Assembly (NCBI GenBank): GCA_965202785.1
Contig: OZ241855.1
Span: 448,001-512,000, forward strand
Direction of reading: 5' to 3'
Length of the DNA stretch: 64,000 nt
From: Thermodesulfobacteriota bacterium
GTDB taxonomy: Bacteria; Desulfobacterota_D; UBA1144; Nemesobacterales; Nemesobacteraceae
The notes under the pieces are model-generated. The model did no database searches. It was not told the origin of the DNA and saw nothing but the letters and a program-made list of their open reading frames with translations. The translations under genes were made by a program, and so were the position numbers. Below are positions 53,019 through 63,317 of this stretch, piece by piece (positions within the stretch are counted from its first letter, which is position 1; the number at the start of each line of letters is the position of its first letter).

Positions 53019-53954
53019 ATGCTTAAGTTTCTCTCTTTTCGAATACTGACCGGAGCAGTCGTAATCCTCGTGGTCGCGAGCATAACCTTCTTTCTGCTCA
53101 GGGTACTTCCCGGGGGTCCTTTCGACGCCGAGAAAAGCATTCCCCCGCACATACTCGAGAACATTGAAAAAAAATATCACATGGATAAGCCGCTGCACAA
53201 ACAATACCTCATCTACATGGGGAACCTGGCCCGCGGCGACTTCGGACCTTCCTACAAATACGACGATAGACCGGTTACCGACATAATAAGGGAAACCCTG
53301 CCAGTCTCAATGGGACTCGGGTTGGTGTCCCTGGTGCTGGCGTTTTTCATGGGAACAGTGGTCGGAATGATTTCCTCGCTGTTTCCAAGAAGTATCCACG
53401 ACATCGCCTCCGTGCTGATCTCCACGTCACTGGTATCGGTCCCGAGCTTCGTCGTCGGGGCGGCACTTATATATTTTTTCTCCGTCAGATGGGGAGTTCT
53501 GCCGGCCGCCCTCTGGGGAGAACCAAAGCACATAGTTCTTCCTGCGGTGACCCTGAGCCTGGCTCCGTTCGCCTACATCTCAAGACTTGTACGCTCCAAC
53601 ATGCTTGACGTGTCGGGCCAGTTTTTCGTAAGAACCGCCAGGGCAAAAGGACTCGGAAGAACGAAGATCTTCACGAAGCATATACTGAGAAACGCTCTTA
53701 TACCGGTCGTAACGGTGCTAGGCCCCCTGACCGCCTACCTGGTGACGGGATCCTTTGTCGTTGAGCATATATTCGCGATACCGGGAATGGGAAGGTTTTT
53801 CGTTTTTGCCGTGGCAAACAGGGACTACTCAGTTGTACTCGGAATAACGATCATCTACGCGCTTCTGCTCATAATAGCAAACCTTATTGTCGACCTTCTC
53901 TACGCCATACTTGATCCGAGAATAGAGCTTAGAAAGCAGGAACCGATCGCCTGA
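53019..53954 (+). CDS. oligopeptide ABC transporter permease (OppB-like)
   Basis: LPGGPF, GDFGPSY, RTARAKG, H.LRNAL, PGMGR. Confidence 0.92.
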   Translation: MLKFLSFRILTGAVVILVVASITFFLLRVLPGGPFDAEKSIPPHILENIEKKYHMDKPLHKQYLIYMGNLARGDFGPSYKYDDRPVTDIIRETLPVSMGLGLVSLVLAFFMGTVVGMISSLFPRSIHDIASVLISTSLVSVPSFVVGAALIYFFSVRWGVLPAALWGEPKHIVLPAVTLSLAPFAYISRLVRSNMLDVSGQFFVRTARAKGLGRTKIFTKHILRNALIPVVTVLGPLTAYLVTGSFVVEHIFAIPGMGRFFVFAVANRDYSVVLGITIIYALLLIIANLIVDLLYAILDPRIELRKQEPIA

Positions 53955-53976
53955 TGGCAGGCAGAGACAAACGGAA

Positions 53977-54714
53977 ATGAAGAACGTAAAGATAGTTATC
54001 GAGTATGACGGCACTGACTACCACGGCTGGCAATGCCAAGCGGACCTTCCCACGGTACAGAAGACTATAGAGGATGCAATCCGGAAGATCACAAGAGAAA
54101 ATGTCAAAATAACGGGTTCGGGAAGAACGGACGCGGGAGTGCACGCTATTGGCCAAGTGGCAAATTTCTTCATCGAAACGCAGATGGATACCGACACGCT
54201 GCGAAAAGCTCTTAATTCCACACTCCCCCGGGACATATCAATCATCAAGGCCCAGGAGGTCCCCGACGGCTTTCACGCACAGTTTAGCTCCAGAAGCAAG
54301 GTATACGAATACAGGATTTTCAACAGGCCACATCCCCCCGCACTTCAGAGAAACAGAGTCTGGCACATCCAGGATAAGCTTGATACGAAAAAAATGAGAG
54401 AAGCCGCCACATATCTTGAGGGAACACATGATTTCTCCGTTTTTGCCACGGCCGACATAACGGTGAAAACCACCGTACGCACAGTAAAGCGGGTTCACGT
54501 CAGGGAAACCCGCGAAGGAATAATCTCGGTTGAAATAGAGGCGGACGGGTTTCTGAAAAGAATGGTGAGAATGATAACCGGCACCCTCGTGGAAACGGGA
54601 AGGGGAAAACTCACCCCTGAGGGATTCGGACAGATACTCGCAGGAGGGCAAAAGACAAAAAACGTTTTCACCGCTCCCCCCAGTGGACTCTTTCTTAAAA
54701 AAGTCATCTACTAA
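53977..54714 (+). CDS. truA: tRNA pseudouridine(38-40) synthase
   Basis: EYDGTDYHGWQ, SGRTDAGVHA, GFLKRMVR, TAPPSGL. Confidence 0.97.
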   Translation: MKNVKIVIEYDGTDYHGWQCQADLPTVQKTIEDAIRKITRENVKITGSGRTDAGVHAIGQVANFFIETQMDTDTLRKALNSTLPRDISIIKAQEVPDGFHAQFSSRSKVYEYRIFNRPHPPALQRNRVWHIQDKLDTKKMREAATYLEGTHDFSVFATADITVKTTVRTVKRVHVRETREGIISVEIEADGFLKRMVRMITGTLVETGRGKLTPEGFGQILAGGQKTKNVFTAPPSGLFLKKVIY

Positions 54715-54791
54715 ATCCCAAAAAGCAAAAAAGGCCGATACTCTTATGCGAAATTCCCGTATATAATTAGGGGCATTTAAACGAAGTCGCC

Positions 54792-55553
54792 ATGAAATTC
54801 CTCAGATTCAACAACATCGAAGAAAAACCGGTATTCGGAAAATATTTAGACGGGTCGGTTTTTGAGATAGAAGGAAACATCTTCGGGGAATATTCCGTAA
54901 CGGACACGAAATATGATTACGCGGATATAACGCCGCTTGCTCCCTGCCTCCCGACCAAAATCATAGCCGTCGGGCTAAACTACGAGGATCACGCAAGGGA
55001 GATGAACAGGACTCCTCCCGAAGATCCCATGCTTTTTATGAAACCCTCAACGGCGGTCATTGCGCACCAGGAAGAGATAAAGTACCCGGCTCACATGTCA
55101 AGCAGGGTCGATTACGAAGGGGAGCTCGGAGTCGTGATAGGGAAAAGAGCCCACATGGTCGAAAAAGAGCAGGCTCTGGAATATGTCTTCGGATACACCT
55201 GCGTAAACGACGTGACCGCGAGAGACCTTCAGGCAAAGGACATACAGTTCACAAGGGGCAAGGGGTTTGACACTTTCGCCCCGTTCGGACCTTTCATAGA
55301 GACGGAAGTCGACCCCGCCGACCTTCGCATAAAAACCTTTCTAAATGGTGAACTGAAACAGAACTCAAGCACGAAAAACCTGATATTCAGCGTCCCTGAG
55401 CTTGTAAGCTTCATATCGAAGGTGATGACGCTTCTTCCGGGAGACGTAATAGCGACGGGGACTCCTTCAGGCGTAAGTCCCATGAGCCCGGGGGACGTGC
55501 TAGAAGTGGAAATCGAAGGGATCGGAAGGCTTAAAAACCCCATCACCCTTTAG
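54792..55553 (+). CDS. fumarylacetoacetate hydrolase family protein
   Basis: KIIAVGLNY, DYEGEL, NDVTARD, GKGFDTF, PGDVIATGTP. Confidence 0.93.
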   Translation: MKFLRFNNIEEKPVFGKYLDGSVFEIEGNIFGEYSVTDTKYDYADITPLAPCLPTKIIAVGLNYEDHAREMNRTPPEDPMLFMKPSTAVIAHQEEIKYPAHMSSRVDYEGELGVVIGKRAHMVEKEQALEYVFGYTCVNDVTARDLQAKDIQFTRGKGFDTFAPFGPFIETEVDPADLRIKTFLNGELKQNSSTKNLIFSVPELVSFISKVMTLLPGDVIATGTPSGVSPMSPGDVLEVEIEGIGRLKNPITL

Positions 55554-55885
55554 AGACGCCCCTACCTTCATCCCGGCGAAGATCTTGGCCGGAAACTACA
55601 GCATCCGGACCCTTCGCGCAATCATGATCCGCACCGCAAAACAGCACCGGAACAATTGCGGTTTTCACCCGGTTCCCTGCCGTTAGCAAATAAAAATGAC
55701 CAGTGCTTTTTATCAAAGCTTGAATCGAGCAAGCGAAAAAACAAAGGACCAAGTTTAATTGAATCACGGGTTGCTTGGCCGAGAGTTGACAGTGCACATT
55801 CATGTTAGTTAACCTGATCAGGCATATCTGGACCGACCGGATGTTTCTAATGCGGGAAGTCCGCAATCAGGGAAAGAGCGCTTCC

Positions 55886-57670
55886 ATGAAGAATTCAGCC
55901 CATAGAAACAATCCGACTAAACGGGAGTTCAGTTCTACCCCCCCCCCCGATACCCATTTTTATTCCGCTCTCGGAGCGCTAAGGAACTTTTCCCCGGTTT
56001 TCCTCGTGCTCTGTGTGCTTGCATCTGTTTCCTGCGGAGGAGGAACGGACTCCGGGATACCCTCAGGGATACCCTCAGAAATACCATCGGACAGATGCGA
56101 TCTTGCTTCCCAGCAAGACGAACAGAGAGCGTACGAAAGAGATGAATATTTCCCCAAAATATACAGCCGTGATTTTTCCCGCGACCTCGGCGCCGACATA
56201 TCTCCCACGAACGACGACTACGATCTCGCAACGAAGGTAAGCCGTTCTGTGGTTGATCTTGAGTTCAACCGAGGAAGAAACTCCGGAGGAATAGCAACCG
56301 GCTGGCTTATAGCCCCACGCTACGTCGCCACCGCCGCGCACAACGTAGCCGAAGAGGTCGGCAATTCGTGCGAAAAAAAAGACGCAACCGTACATGTTCA
56401 CACCTTCGACGGCGACACCATAAGTGCGGAAGTGGTCTGGTTCGACAAGACATGCGGATTCTCATTCGGCACCGATCTGGCGCTGCTCAAGCTTGAACGG
56501 GAAATCGACGCCGTTCCCATGAAAATCGCGGACGAAAGGCCCGGAAGAAATGAAATGCTCTTGGCAATGGGCAATGCGGGCGCTTCAAGCGGTCTGGGAT
56601 CGTGGACTGTTACCGCCGGGCCCGCGCTTGAACTGAGAGGCGAACACAGCCTCCCTGTAGGGCCCGGCAGGGTATATCATTGGGTGCCCACCTCGGCGGG
56701 AATGAGCGGAGGACCCATATTCAACCGCAGGGGAGAAGTGGTCTCCATCGTATCCATAGGTATCGGCATTTCTGAGGACTTGCCTGGAATCAACCGTTTT
56801 CAGGAGCCCGCCGCGACGCCGGGGAACCTCTGGGTTTACGGGTTTGTTCAAAGGTCCCTGTCCGAGCTCAGTCTCGGACCAAATCCCAGCGAGTTAAAGG
56901 ACCTCTACAACAAAGATCCCGGTCTTTCAGAACCCGCAAACGCCGGAGACTACAGGAATAACAACGAGTGGAAAAGAGCTGACCATCCTCTCGGCGATCA
57001 CTACAGCCCGTTTCCGATCGATCAGTTTGACCGGATGAACAGAGTATACAAAGAGGCGCGCAAAGGCGCCGTGACCGTAGAAGTTCAGAATACGCATGGT
57101 TCCGGTTTTATATATGACGACAGTACCGTCGTAACCGTTGCACACGTAGCCAGTAAGCCAGGACTGGAAGTTCAGATTAAGACAATAGACGGCCAGTACC
57201 ACCAGGCAACCGTTTCAAAAGCACAGGAGAACAATGGTTGTGATATCGCCATCTTGAAAACGGTCACGCCGGGTGCCCTTGGGGAGTATAAAAAGCTTGA
57301 TATCGGCGATTCATCTTCACTCGAATGCGGAGACCCTCTCGTTCAGATAGGTTCCGGCTCTTTATACAACCCGGTAGGAGAGTTGCAGGGACTCGGGGCC
57401 GTTTACATGACGACAGAAAAATACTTTTCAAGTTTTCTCTCACGCTCCGTATCAGTCGGCATGAGCGGCGGTCCGGTAGTGGACAGAGGCGGCAATGTGG
57501 TGTCCATCTCCTCAACCACATTGACTGAAGAAAGCGAATTGGGCACACCGGGACCACTCTATATCCACACACGCCTTCCGGTTTATGGGAAGCAGGACTT
57601 CTCAATCGGACAGAACTCGGAAACAATGAAAAAATTCATTGAGCAAAGCGAGTTTTACTGTCCAAATTGA
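55886..57670 (+). CDS. lipoprotein with two tandem trypsin-like serine protease domains (start uncertain)
   Basis: Lipobox-like LASVSC; TAAH/DLAL/GMSGG and TVAH/DIAI/GMSGG. Confidence 0.85.
   Translation: MKNSAHRNNPTKREFSSTPPPDTHFYSALGALRNFSPVFLVLCVLASVSCGGGTDSGIPSGIPSEIPSDRCDLASQQDEQRAYERDEYFPKIYSRDFSRDLGADISPTNDDYDLATKVSRSVVDLEFNRGRNSGGIATGWLIAPRYVATAAHNVAEEVGNSCEKKDATVHVHTFDGDTISAEVVWFDKTCGFSFGTDLALLKLEREIDAVPMKIADERPGRNEMLLAMGNAGASSGLGSWTVTAGPALELRGEHSLPVGPGRVYHWVPTSAGMSGGPIFNRRGEVVSIVSIGIGISEDLPGINRFQEPAATPGNLWVYGFVQRSLSELSLGPNPSELKDLYNKDPGLSEPANAGDYRNNNEWKRADHPLGDHYSPFPIDQFDRMNRVYKEARKGAVTVEVQNTHGSGFIYDDSTVVTVAHVASKPGLEVQIKTIDGQYHQATVSKAQENNGCDIAILKTVTPGALGEYKKLDIGDSSSLECGDPLVQIGSGSLYNPVGELQGLGAVYMTTEKYFSSFLSRSVSVGMSGGPVVDRGGNVVSISSTTLTEESELGTPGPLYIHTRLPVYGKQDFSIGQNSETMKKFIEQSEFYCPN
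55938..55948 (+). repeat. C11 homopolymer in the protease 5' region
   Basis: CTA-CCCCCCCCCCC-GAT read directly. Confidence 0.9.
56051..56086 (+). repeat. 12-bp tandem repeat x3 encoding SGIP-SGIP-SEIP
   Basis: tccgggataccc tcagggataccc tcagaaatacca. Confidence 0.85.
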
Positions 57671-57853
57671 GCTCCAAAGTGCACCACTGACTTAAATAAT
57701 CTCTTTCAGTAGAGCTTAGCACGGGAAGGACAGGGCCCGAGCGCCGCTCGGTTTTTCTCTTTAATGGAAAACTTCGGCGTGCCTTCAAAACCGGAACCGT
57801 TCGGGTAGATTATTCCCGCTTTTGGAATTGCTTCCGCAAAGGAGAACAACAAA

Positions 57854-58924
57854 TTGCCTGAAATACTGGTAGTCCCCGGAGACGGGATAGGAGTTGAAGT
57901 AACCGAAGTCAGCGTGTCAATACTCAAGGCTGTCGGGGAGAGAAACGGAATCGAATTCGCGCTTGAGAGCGATCTTCTCGGCGGATGCGCCATAGACGCG
58001 CACGGGGTTCCCGTAACCGAAGAAACCATAGAGAAAGCGAAGAAAAGCGACGCGGTGCTTCTCGGTGCAGTGGGAGGCCCCAAATGGGAGAACATCGAGC
58101 ATCATCTCAAACCCGAAAGAGGACTCCTCGAGCTTAGAAAGCAGCTCGACACCTTCGCGAACCTGAGACCCGCAATCGTCTACGCGGCCCTTGCCGACGC
58201 GTCCACTCTTAAAAGAGATGTAGTGGAAGGGGTCGACATAATGGTCGTGAGGGAGCTCACAAGCGGAATATACTTCGGACATCCGAGAGGAACCGAACAG
58301 CTCGGCGGGGGAGAGAGCAAGGCGTTTAACACCCTCCATTACACAACTTCCGAGATAGAAAGAGTGGCGAAGATGGCCTTTGAAATCGCCAGGAAAAGAA
58401 AAAGCAAGGTCACTTCGATTGACAAATCAAACGTTCTCGAATCAATGGTGCTCTGGAGAGACACCGTAACCGAGCTTCACGAACGCCAGTTCTCCGACGT
58501 TACGCTTGAGCATCTTTACGTGGACAACGCCGCGATGCAGTTAATAAGAAGGCCCGCAGACTTCGACGTGATGCTGGCGGGAAACATGTTCGGCGACATA
58601 ATAAGCGACGAGGCCGCCCAGCTCACCGGTTCCCTCGGCATGCTGCCCTCGGCAAGCGTCGGAAACGAAGGGGCCATATACGAGCCCGTGCACGGAAGCG
58701 CCCCCGACATCGCCGGCAAGGGCGTAGCGAACCCCATAGCCTCTGTTCTCTCGATGGCCATGATGCTGCGTTACTCCTTTGACATGGACGGGGCCGCCAC
58801 GCAGGTCGAGGAAGCGGTAGCAAATGTTCTTGAAAAAGGCTACCGCACATCCGACATATACGAGGAAGGAAAAACCAGGGTGGGCACAGAGGAAATGGGA
58901 TCTCTCATACTCGACGAGCTGTGA
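57854..58924 (+). CDS. leuB: 3-isopropylmalate dehydrogenase
   Basis: PGDGIG.EV, ANLRP, NMFGDIISDEA, YEPVHGSAPDIAG. Confidence 0.97.
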   Translation: MPEILVVPGDGIGVEVTEVSVSILKAVGERNGIEFALESDLLGGCAIDAHGVPVTEETIEKAKKSDAVLLGAVGGPKWENIEHHLKPERGLLELRKQLDTFANLRPAIVYAALADASTLKRDVVEGVDIMVVRELTSGIYFGHPRGTEQLGGGESKAFNTLHYTTSEIERVAKMAFEIARKRKSKVTSIDKSNVLESMVLWRDTVTELHERQFSDVTLEHLYVDNAAMQLIRRPADFDVMLAGNMFGDIISDEAAQLTGSLGMLPSASVGNEGAIYEPVHGSAPDIAGKGVANPIASVLSMAMMLRYSFDMDGAATQVEEAVANVLEKGYRTSDIYEEGKTRVGTEEMGSLILDEL

Positions 58925-58949
58925 GAAGAAAGGATTCCTGTCCCTAAGA

Positions 58950-61900
58950 GTGAAAGGCAAAAATCCCACGATTGAACTTTCATCACACCTAGGAAATCCT
59001 ATGGTGGAGGAGTTTCTTGCATCCCCGCCCGGAAAACCGACTGATCTTGCGGGTCTTTACGGAAACTCGACCTATTTTCTTCTGGCGCTGCTCTCCGAGG
59101 TGCCTGACAAAAGGGTACTTCATGTCTGCGAGCAAAGAGAGCAGTGCGTCCATGCGGCGCGAAGCATCGCTTCTTTAAAAGGAACCGAAATCCCTGTTCT
59201 TCTCTCAAGAGGGATGGAGAAAACCCGCTCCCTTTTCGAGAAAACGGAAATCACAGAACCCGAAAGGCTTCACTCTGTTTTCAGATGGAAGCAAACCGGG
59301 GTGCTCTGCGCAGACGCGGCAGCACTTGCCGAGGTGCTGGCTCCGCCCCGCGCCCTCGAGGCAGAGAGCTTCACCATAGAGGAGGGAGCACGGGTCGATC
59401 GGGAGGAACTTGTGCAAAAGCTCCTTGAAATCGGTTACAGCGATGTGGATTTCACGGAAAAAAGAGGGGACATCAGCGTCCGGGGCTCTATAGTGGACCT
59501 ATTCTCCCCTGGATCGCGGAATCCCCTAAGGGTGGAGCTTTTCGCAGACCAGGTGAATTCACTCCGGGAGTTTTCTCCTGTAACTCAGAAATCCGTCGGA
59601 AAAACACAGAAAGCCCTGATCAATCCAGCCTCATTCGCCGGTTACCGCCAGACAAGTAAAGACAATCTGGTCGGACAGGTTCTCGCCGGAGCCGACAAGA
59701 AGGGACTTACCTCAAGCGAGGTGCAACCTCTTTTGGAGGCATTTGAGAACAGTTCGCACTTCAGGGGAATTGAATGGTTCACACCGTTTTTCTGGGACTC
59801 GCGGCAATGCGTGCTCGATTACCCGCAGGAGAATCTGATAGTGAGCCTCCCAATCGGGTTTGACGAGGAAGGGCTGCTATTGAGACTAGAGGAAAAATTC
59901 GAAGCGAGAAGAAAATCTCTGGGAAAACTTGAAAAATCCCTTCCCCCGTTTGAAAAGCTATACCTTGGAAAAAAAGAGCTTGCGGAAAAACTCCGGGAAT
60001 CAAGGCTCGCATACCCGGGGGCGATGGGCATAGGAGCTGAAGGAAAAAACAGCCTTAAGTTCAGCACAGAAGAGATATCGTTTTCGAAACCTTCGCTCAA
60101 GGTCTTTATTGACAAGGCGGAAGAACTCATCGAAGACGGTTACGAGGTGTTCGTATTTTTCACTTCACAGGCAGAAAAAGAAAAATTCCTCAAGCTTACG
60201 GAGAACCATCCGGACAAGGGGATGGTGCATGTAGTCGGAGAGCTTTTCGAAAGCACAGTTCTTCACGATTTCAAAATCGCCCTTCTTACGGAGAAAACTC
60301 TTGTCGAGAAAACCAAGAGCCGCGGCGCAGCCTTCGGAGGAAGTGATATGCCCTCCGCTTTTCTCACTTCGTTCAGCCAGCTCAAGCCCGGGGACTACAT
60401 AGTTCACAAGGAATTCGGAATAGGGGTCTTCAAGGGGCTAAGAAGGCTTTCCTTTGAGAGCAGCCAGGGCGATTTTCTCGAGTGCGAATACAAAGACGGG
60501 GACAAGATATTCGTGCCGGTGGAGAAATTAGCATTGGTTCAGAAATACATGGGAGCTGGAAGGGAGCCGAAGATTGAAAAGCTGGGAAGCGCAAACTGGA
60601 AAAAAACCGTCGGCAGGGTTAAAAGAGCCGTGGAGGAAGTCGCGACCGAGCTTGTGGATCTCTGCGCGGAGAGAAAAGTCGGAAAAGGCTTTCGATTCTC
60701 CCCGAGGGACCAGATGTTCAATGAGTTCGAGATGGAGTTTCCATGGAGCGAGACCCCGGATCAGTCGGCGGCCATAGAGGACGTAATGTCAGACATGGAA
60801 TCCGAAAAAGCCATGGACAGGCTTATCTGCGGAGACGTCGGGTTCGGAAAGACCGAGGTGGCCCTGCGGGCCGCTTTCAAGGCGTGCCTTGACGGAAAAC
60901 AGGTCATGGTGATCGCTCCCACCACCCTTCTCGCAAGCCAGCACTACCGAACCGCACTTTCAAGGTTCGAAAACTACCCCGTGAGCATCGGAATGCTTTC
61001 ACGATTCACAACAGGAAAAAGAGAAAAAGAAATTTTAAACAGGCTCCAGGACGGTTCCCTGGACGTCATAATTGGAACGCACAAGCTTCTCGGAAAAAGA
61101 ATAAAGCTGAAAAACCTTGGACTCGCCGTGATAGACGAGGAACAAAAGTTTGGAGTAAATCACAAAAAGTCCATAAGGTCGATGAAAAATGCCGTCGACG
61201 TACTGACGCTCTCGGCGACTCCCATCCCCAGAACCCTGCAGCTTTCCCTCGCCGACGTAAGAGACATAAGCGTGATAAACACCCCTCCCGAGGGACGGCA
61301 GCCCGTAGAGGTGTACATTCAGCAGTTCAACACCGCGACGATAAAGGAAGCCGCGGAAAAAGAGATCGCAAGAGACGGCACGGTTTTTTTCATACACAAC
61401 AGGATAGAGGACATATTCGAGAAGGCGGACCTCCTTCAAAAACTCATGCCGAAACTGTCAATAGGGGTAACGCATGGCCGAATGAACGAAACGCAGCTCT
61501 CAAGAACCATAGAAGAGTTCACCAACGGAAAAATAGACCTGCTCGTAACCACCGCGATAGTGGAATCCGGCCTCGACATACCAAAAGCCAACACGATAAT
61601 AGTGAACAACGCCCATACTATGGGCCTGGCGGATCTCTACCAGCTTAAGGGTCGTGTCGGAAGATCAGACAGAAAAGCATATGCATATTTTCTCGTACCA
61701 TACATAAACTCCCTCACTGAAGATGCCAGAAAAAGGCTCGAGGTGCTCTCTCGACTCACCGAGCTTGGAAGCGGATTCAAGCTTGCCACGGCCGATCTCC
61801 AGATAAGGGGAGCCGGCACCCTCTTCGGAGAAAAGCAGTCAGGGCACATAGCGGATATAGGACTTGAATTCTATCTCGAGCTGCTGAGGGATACGATCGA

Positions 61901-62327
61901 GAGCAAAAGAAGGGGCGAAGACCAAGTTCGTGAAATCAGACCGGAAATAAAAACGCGGGACGACGCGTTCATCCCCGAGCATTATATTCAAAGCGGTTCA
62001 GAGAGACTTTTTTACTACAAGAAAATATCATCGGCAGGCAAGCGCGGGGAAGCAAGAGAAATCGCCGGGGAAATCGAAGACAGGTTCGGCGCGATACCCG
62101 ATCCGCTGAAACGTCTCGTTCTCATCGCGGAACTGAGAATCGCGCTCGGGAAGAGACTGATAAAAAAGGCTGAAATAGGGGAGAACTCGGCGACTTTGAG
62201 TCTTGCGGACGGAAAAACCCGCGGGCGGGAGAGGAAACTCAGCATTCCCCTTCCACCCGAGGACAGGTACGAGGCGCTGATAAGCGCGGTGGAAAAGGTG
62301 GAAAAACCGGCCCAAGCCCATGTATAG
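58950..62327 (+). CDS. mfd: transcription-repair coupling factor (start uncertain: GTG 58950 or ATG 59001)
   Basis: CarD-like RID domain, GDVGFGKT, IDEEQ, SATPIPRT, QLKGRVGR, TRCF domain. Confidence 0.96.
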   Translation: MKGKNPTIELSSHLGNPMVEEFLASPPGKPTDLAGLYGNSTYFLLALLSEVPDKRVLHVCEQREQCVHAARSIASLKGTEIPVLLSRGMEKTRSLFEKTEITEPERLHSVFRWKQTGVLCADAAALAEVLAPPRALEAESFTIEEGARVDREELVQKLLEIGYSDVDFTEKRGDISVRGSIVDLFSPGSRNPLRVELFADQVNSLREFSPVTQKSVGKTQKALINPASFAGYRQTSKDNLVGQVLAGADKKGLTSSEVQPLLEAFENSSHFRGIEWFTPFFWDSRQCVLDYPQENLIVSLPIGFDEEGLLLRLEEKFEARRKSLGKLEKSLPPFEKLYLGKKELAEKLRESRLAYPGAMGIGAEGKNSLKFSTEEISFSKPSLKVFIDKAEELIEDGYEVFVFFTSQAEKEKFLKLTENHPDKGMVHVVGELFESTVLHDFKIALLTEKTLVEKTKSRGAAFGGSDMPSAFLTSFSQLKPGDYIVHKEFGIGVFKGLRRLSFESSQGDFLECEYKDGDKIFVPVEKLALVQKYMGAGREPKIEKLGSANWKKTVGRVKRAVEEVATELVDLCAERKVGKGFRFSPRDQMFNEFEMEFPWSETPDQSAAIEDVMSDMESEKAMDRLICGDVGFGKTEVALRAAFKACLDGKQVMVIAPTTLLASQHYRTALSRFENYPVSIGMLSRFTTGKREKEILNRLQDGSLDVIIGTHKLLGKRIKLKNLGLAVIDEEQKFGVNHKKSIRSMKNAVDVLTLSATPIPRTLQLSLADVRDISVINTPPEGRQPVEVYIQQFNTATIKEAAEKEIARDGTVFFIHNRIEDIFEKADLLQKLMPKLSIGVTHGRMNETQLSRTIEEFTNGKIDLLVTTAIVESGLDIPKANTIIVNNAHTMGLADLYQLKGRVGRSDRKAYAYFLVPYINSLTEDARKRLEVLSRLTELGSGFKLATADLQIRGAGTLFGEKQSGHIADIGLEFYLELLRDTIESKRRGEDQVREIRPEIKTRDDAFIPEHYIQSGSERLFYYKKISSAGKRGEAREIAGEIEDRFGAIPDPLKRLVLIAELRIALGKRLIKKAEIGENSATLSLADGKTRGRERKLSIPLPPEDRYEALISAVEKVEKPAQAHV

Positions 62328-62381
62328 TATAGTTTTGGGGCCGATTCGGCAGAGAAAAAACGGTTTGCAAGGAGACTTCAT

Positions 62382-63305
62382 ATGAAAAAACCATGGTGGT
62401 TCGCGGTTGTAGTGCTTTTTGCGGTTTTTACGGCCATCCCGGCCCAGTCGGCGGTCGTGGAGAAAGTGGTGGCCGTGGTGAACAACAGGATAATAACGCT
62501 CAGCGAACTTAATCAGGAGCTAGAGGAAGTAGTCGTAAATCCTGAGGCGGAAGTAAACATTCGTGAAGTACTCGACGCCATGATAGACCGTATCCTGCTC
62601 GATCAGCAAGCGGCCGCGAGGAAAATATCAATAAGCGACGAAGAGGTAAGAGCGATAGTAAAGAACCAGCAGGAAGCACTTAACCTCGATGAAGAAGCCA
62701 TAGCCGAGGAGCTTAAAAAGCAGAACATGACGGAGGAACTCTTCTACCGTCAGTGGAAATACCAGATACTCTCAAGAAGGCTTCTTGACTTAGTCACGCA
62801 GGGAAGCATAGCGGTAACGGACGAAGAGATAGAGGAATACCACAGAGAACACTACGAAGAAGGAGGCAGCACTTACGGAAGGCAGACTAAGATCGCTCAC
62901 ATACTGATCAACAAGGAAACGGAAAAAGCCCTCTCCAAAGCGCAAGAAGTGCTGGAACTTGCAAAATCCGGTGAGCCCTTCGGAGAACTCGCCAGAAAGT
63001 ACTCGATGGATGAATCATCGGCGCAAAGCGGCGGACTGCTGGGATACTTCGTCAAGGGAGACCTGGTTCCCGAGATTGAAAACGCCGTGGAGAAGACCGA
63101 AGTGAACGGCATCGCGGGACCGGTAGAAAGCTCCCGCGGCTACCACATAGTGAAGGTTCTTGAAAGAACCGAGGAAGGAGAATCCTCGGTCTCTAGGTAC
63201 AGAGACCGCATAAAGCATCAGCTCTACATGGAGAAGGTTGAGCGGTTCATAACCTCTTGGCTTGAGGACATTAAGAAAAACTCCTACATAGAGATAAAGA
63301 TCTGA
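62382..63305 (+). CDS. SurA-like parvulin peptidyl-prolyl isomerase/chaperone
   Basis: Signal peptide, KVVAVVN..IIT, AHIL, F.ELARKYS.D, GG.LG, GYHIVKV. Confidence 0.9.
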   Translation: MKKPWWFAVVVLFAVFTAIPAQSAVVEKVVAVVNNRIITLSELNQELEEVVVNPEAEVNIREVLDAMIDRILLDQQAAARKISISDEEVRAIVKNQQEALNLDEEAIAEELKKQNMTEELFYRQWKYQILSRRLLDLVTQGSIAVTDEEIEEYHREHYEEGGSTYGRQTKIAHILINKETEKALSKAQEVLELAKSGEPFGELARKYSMDESSAQSGGLLGYFVKGDLVPEIENAVEKTEVNGIAGPVESSRGYHIVKVLERTEEGESSVSRYRDRIKHQLYMEKVERFITSWLEDIKKNSYIEIKI

Positions 63306-63317
63306 AGTTCCCCGTAC

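Noticed and set aside
55554-55885. Possible riboswitch or ncRNA upstream of the tandem protease
   Set aside because: Only a short ACCGCAA/TTGCGGT inverted repeat and a plausible TTGACA promoter; no recognisable aptamer consensus
58824-58949. N-terminal extension of the Mfd ORF overlapping leuB
   Set aside because: Longest-ORF artefact; similar over-extensions were trimmed for ruvA, pyrE, the FtsB-like gene, the SPOR gene and nth
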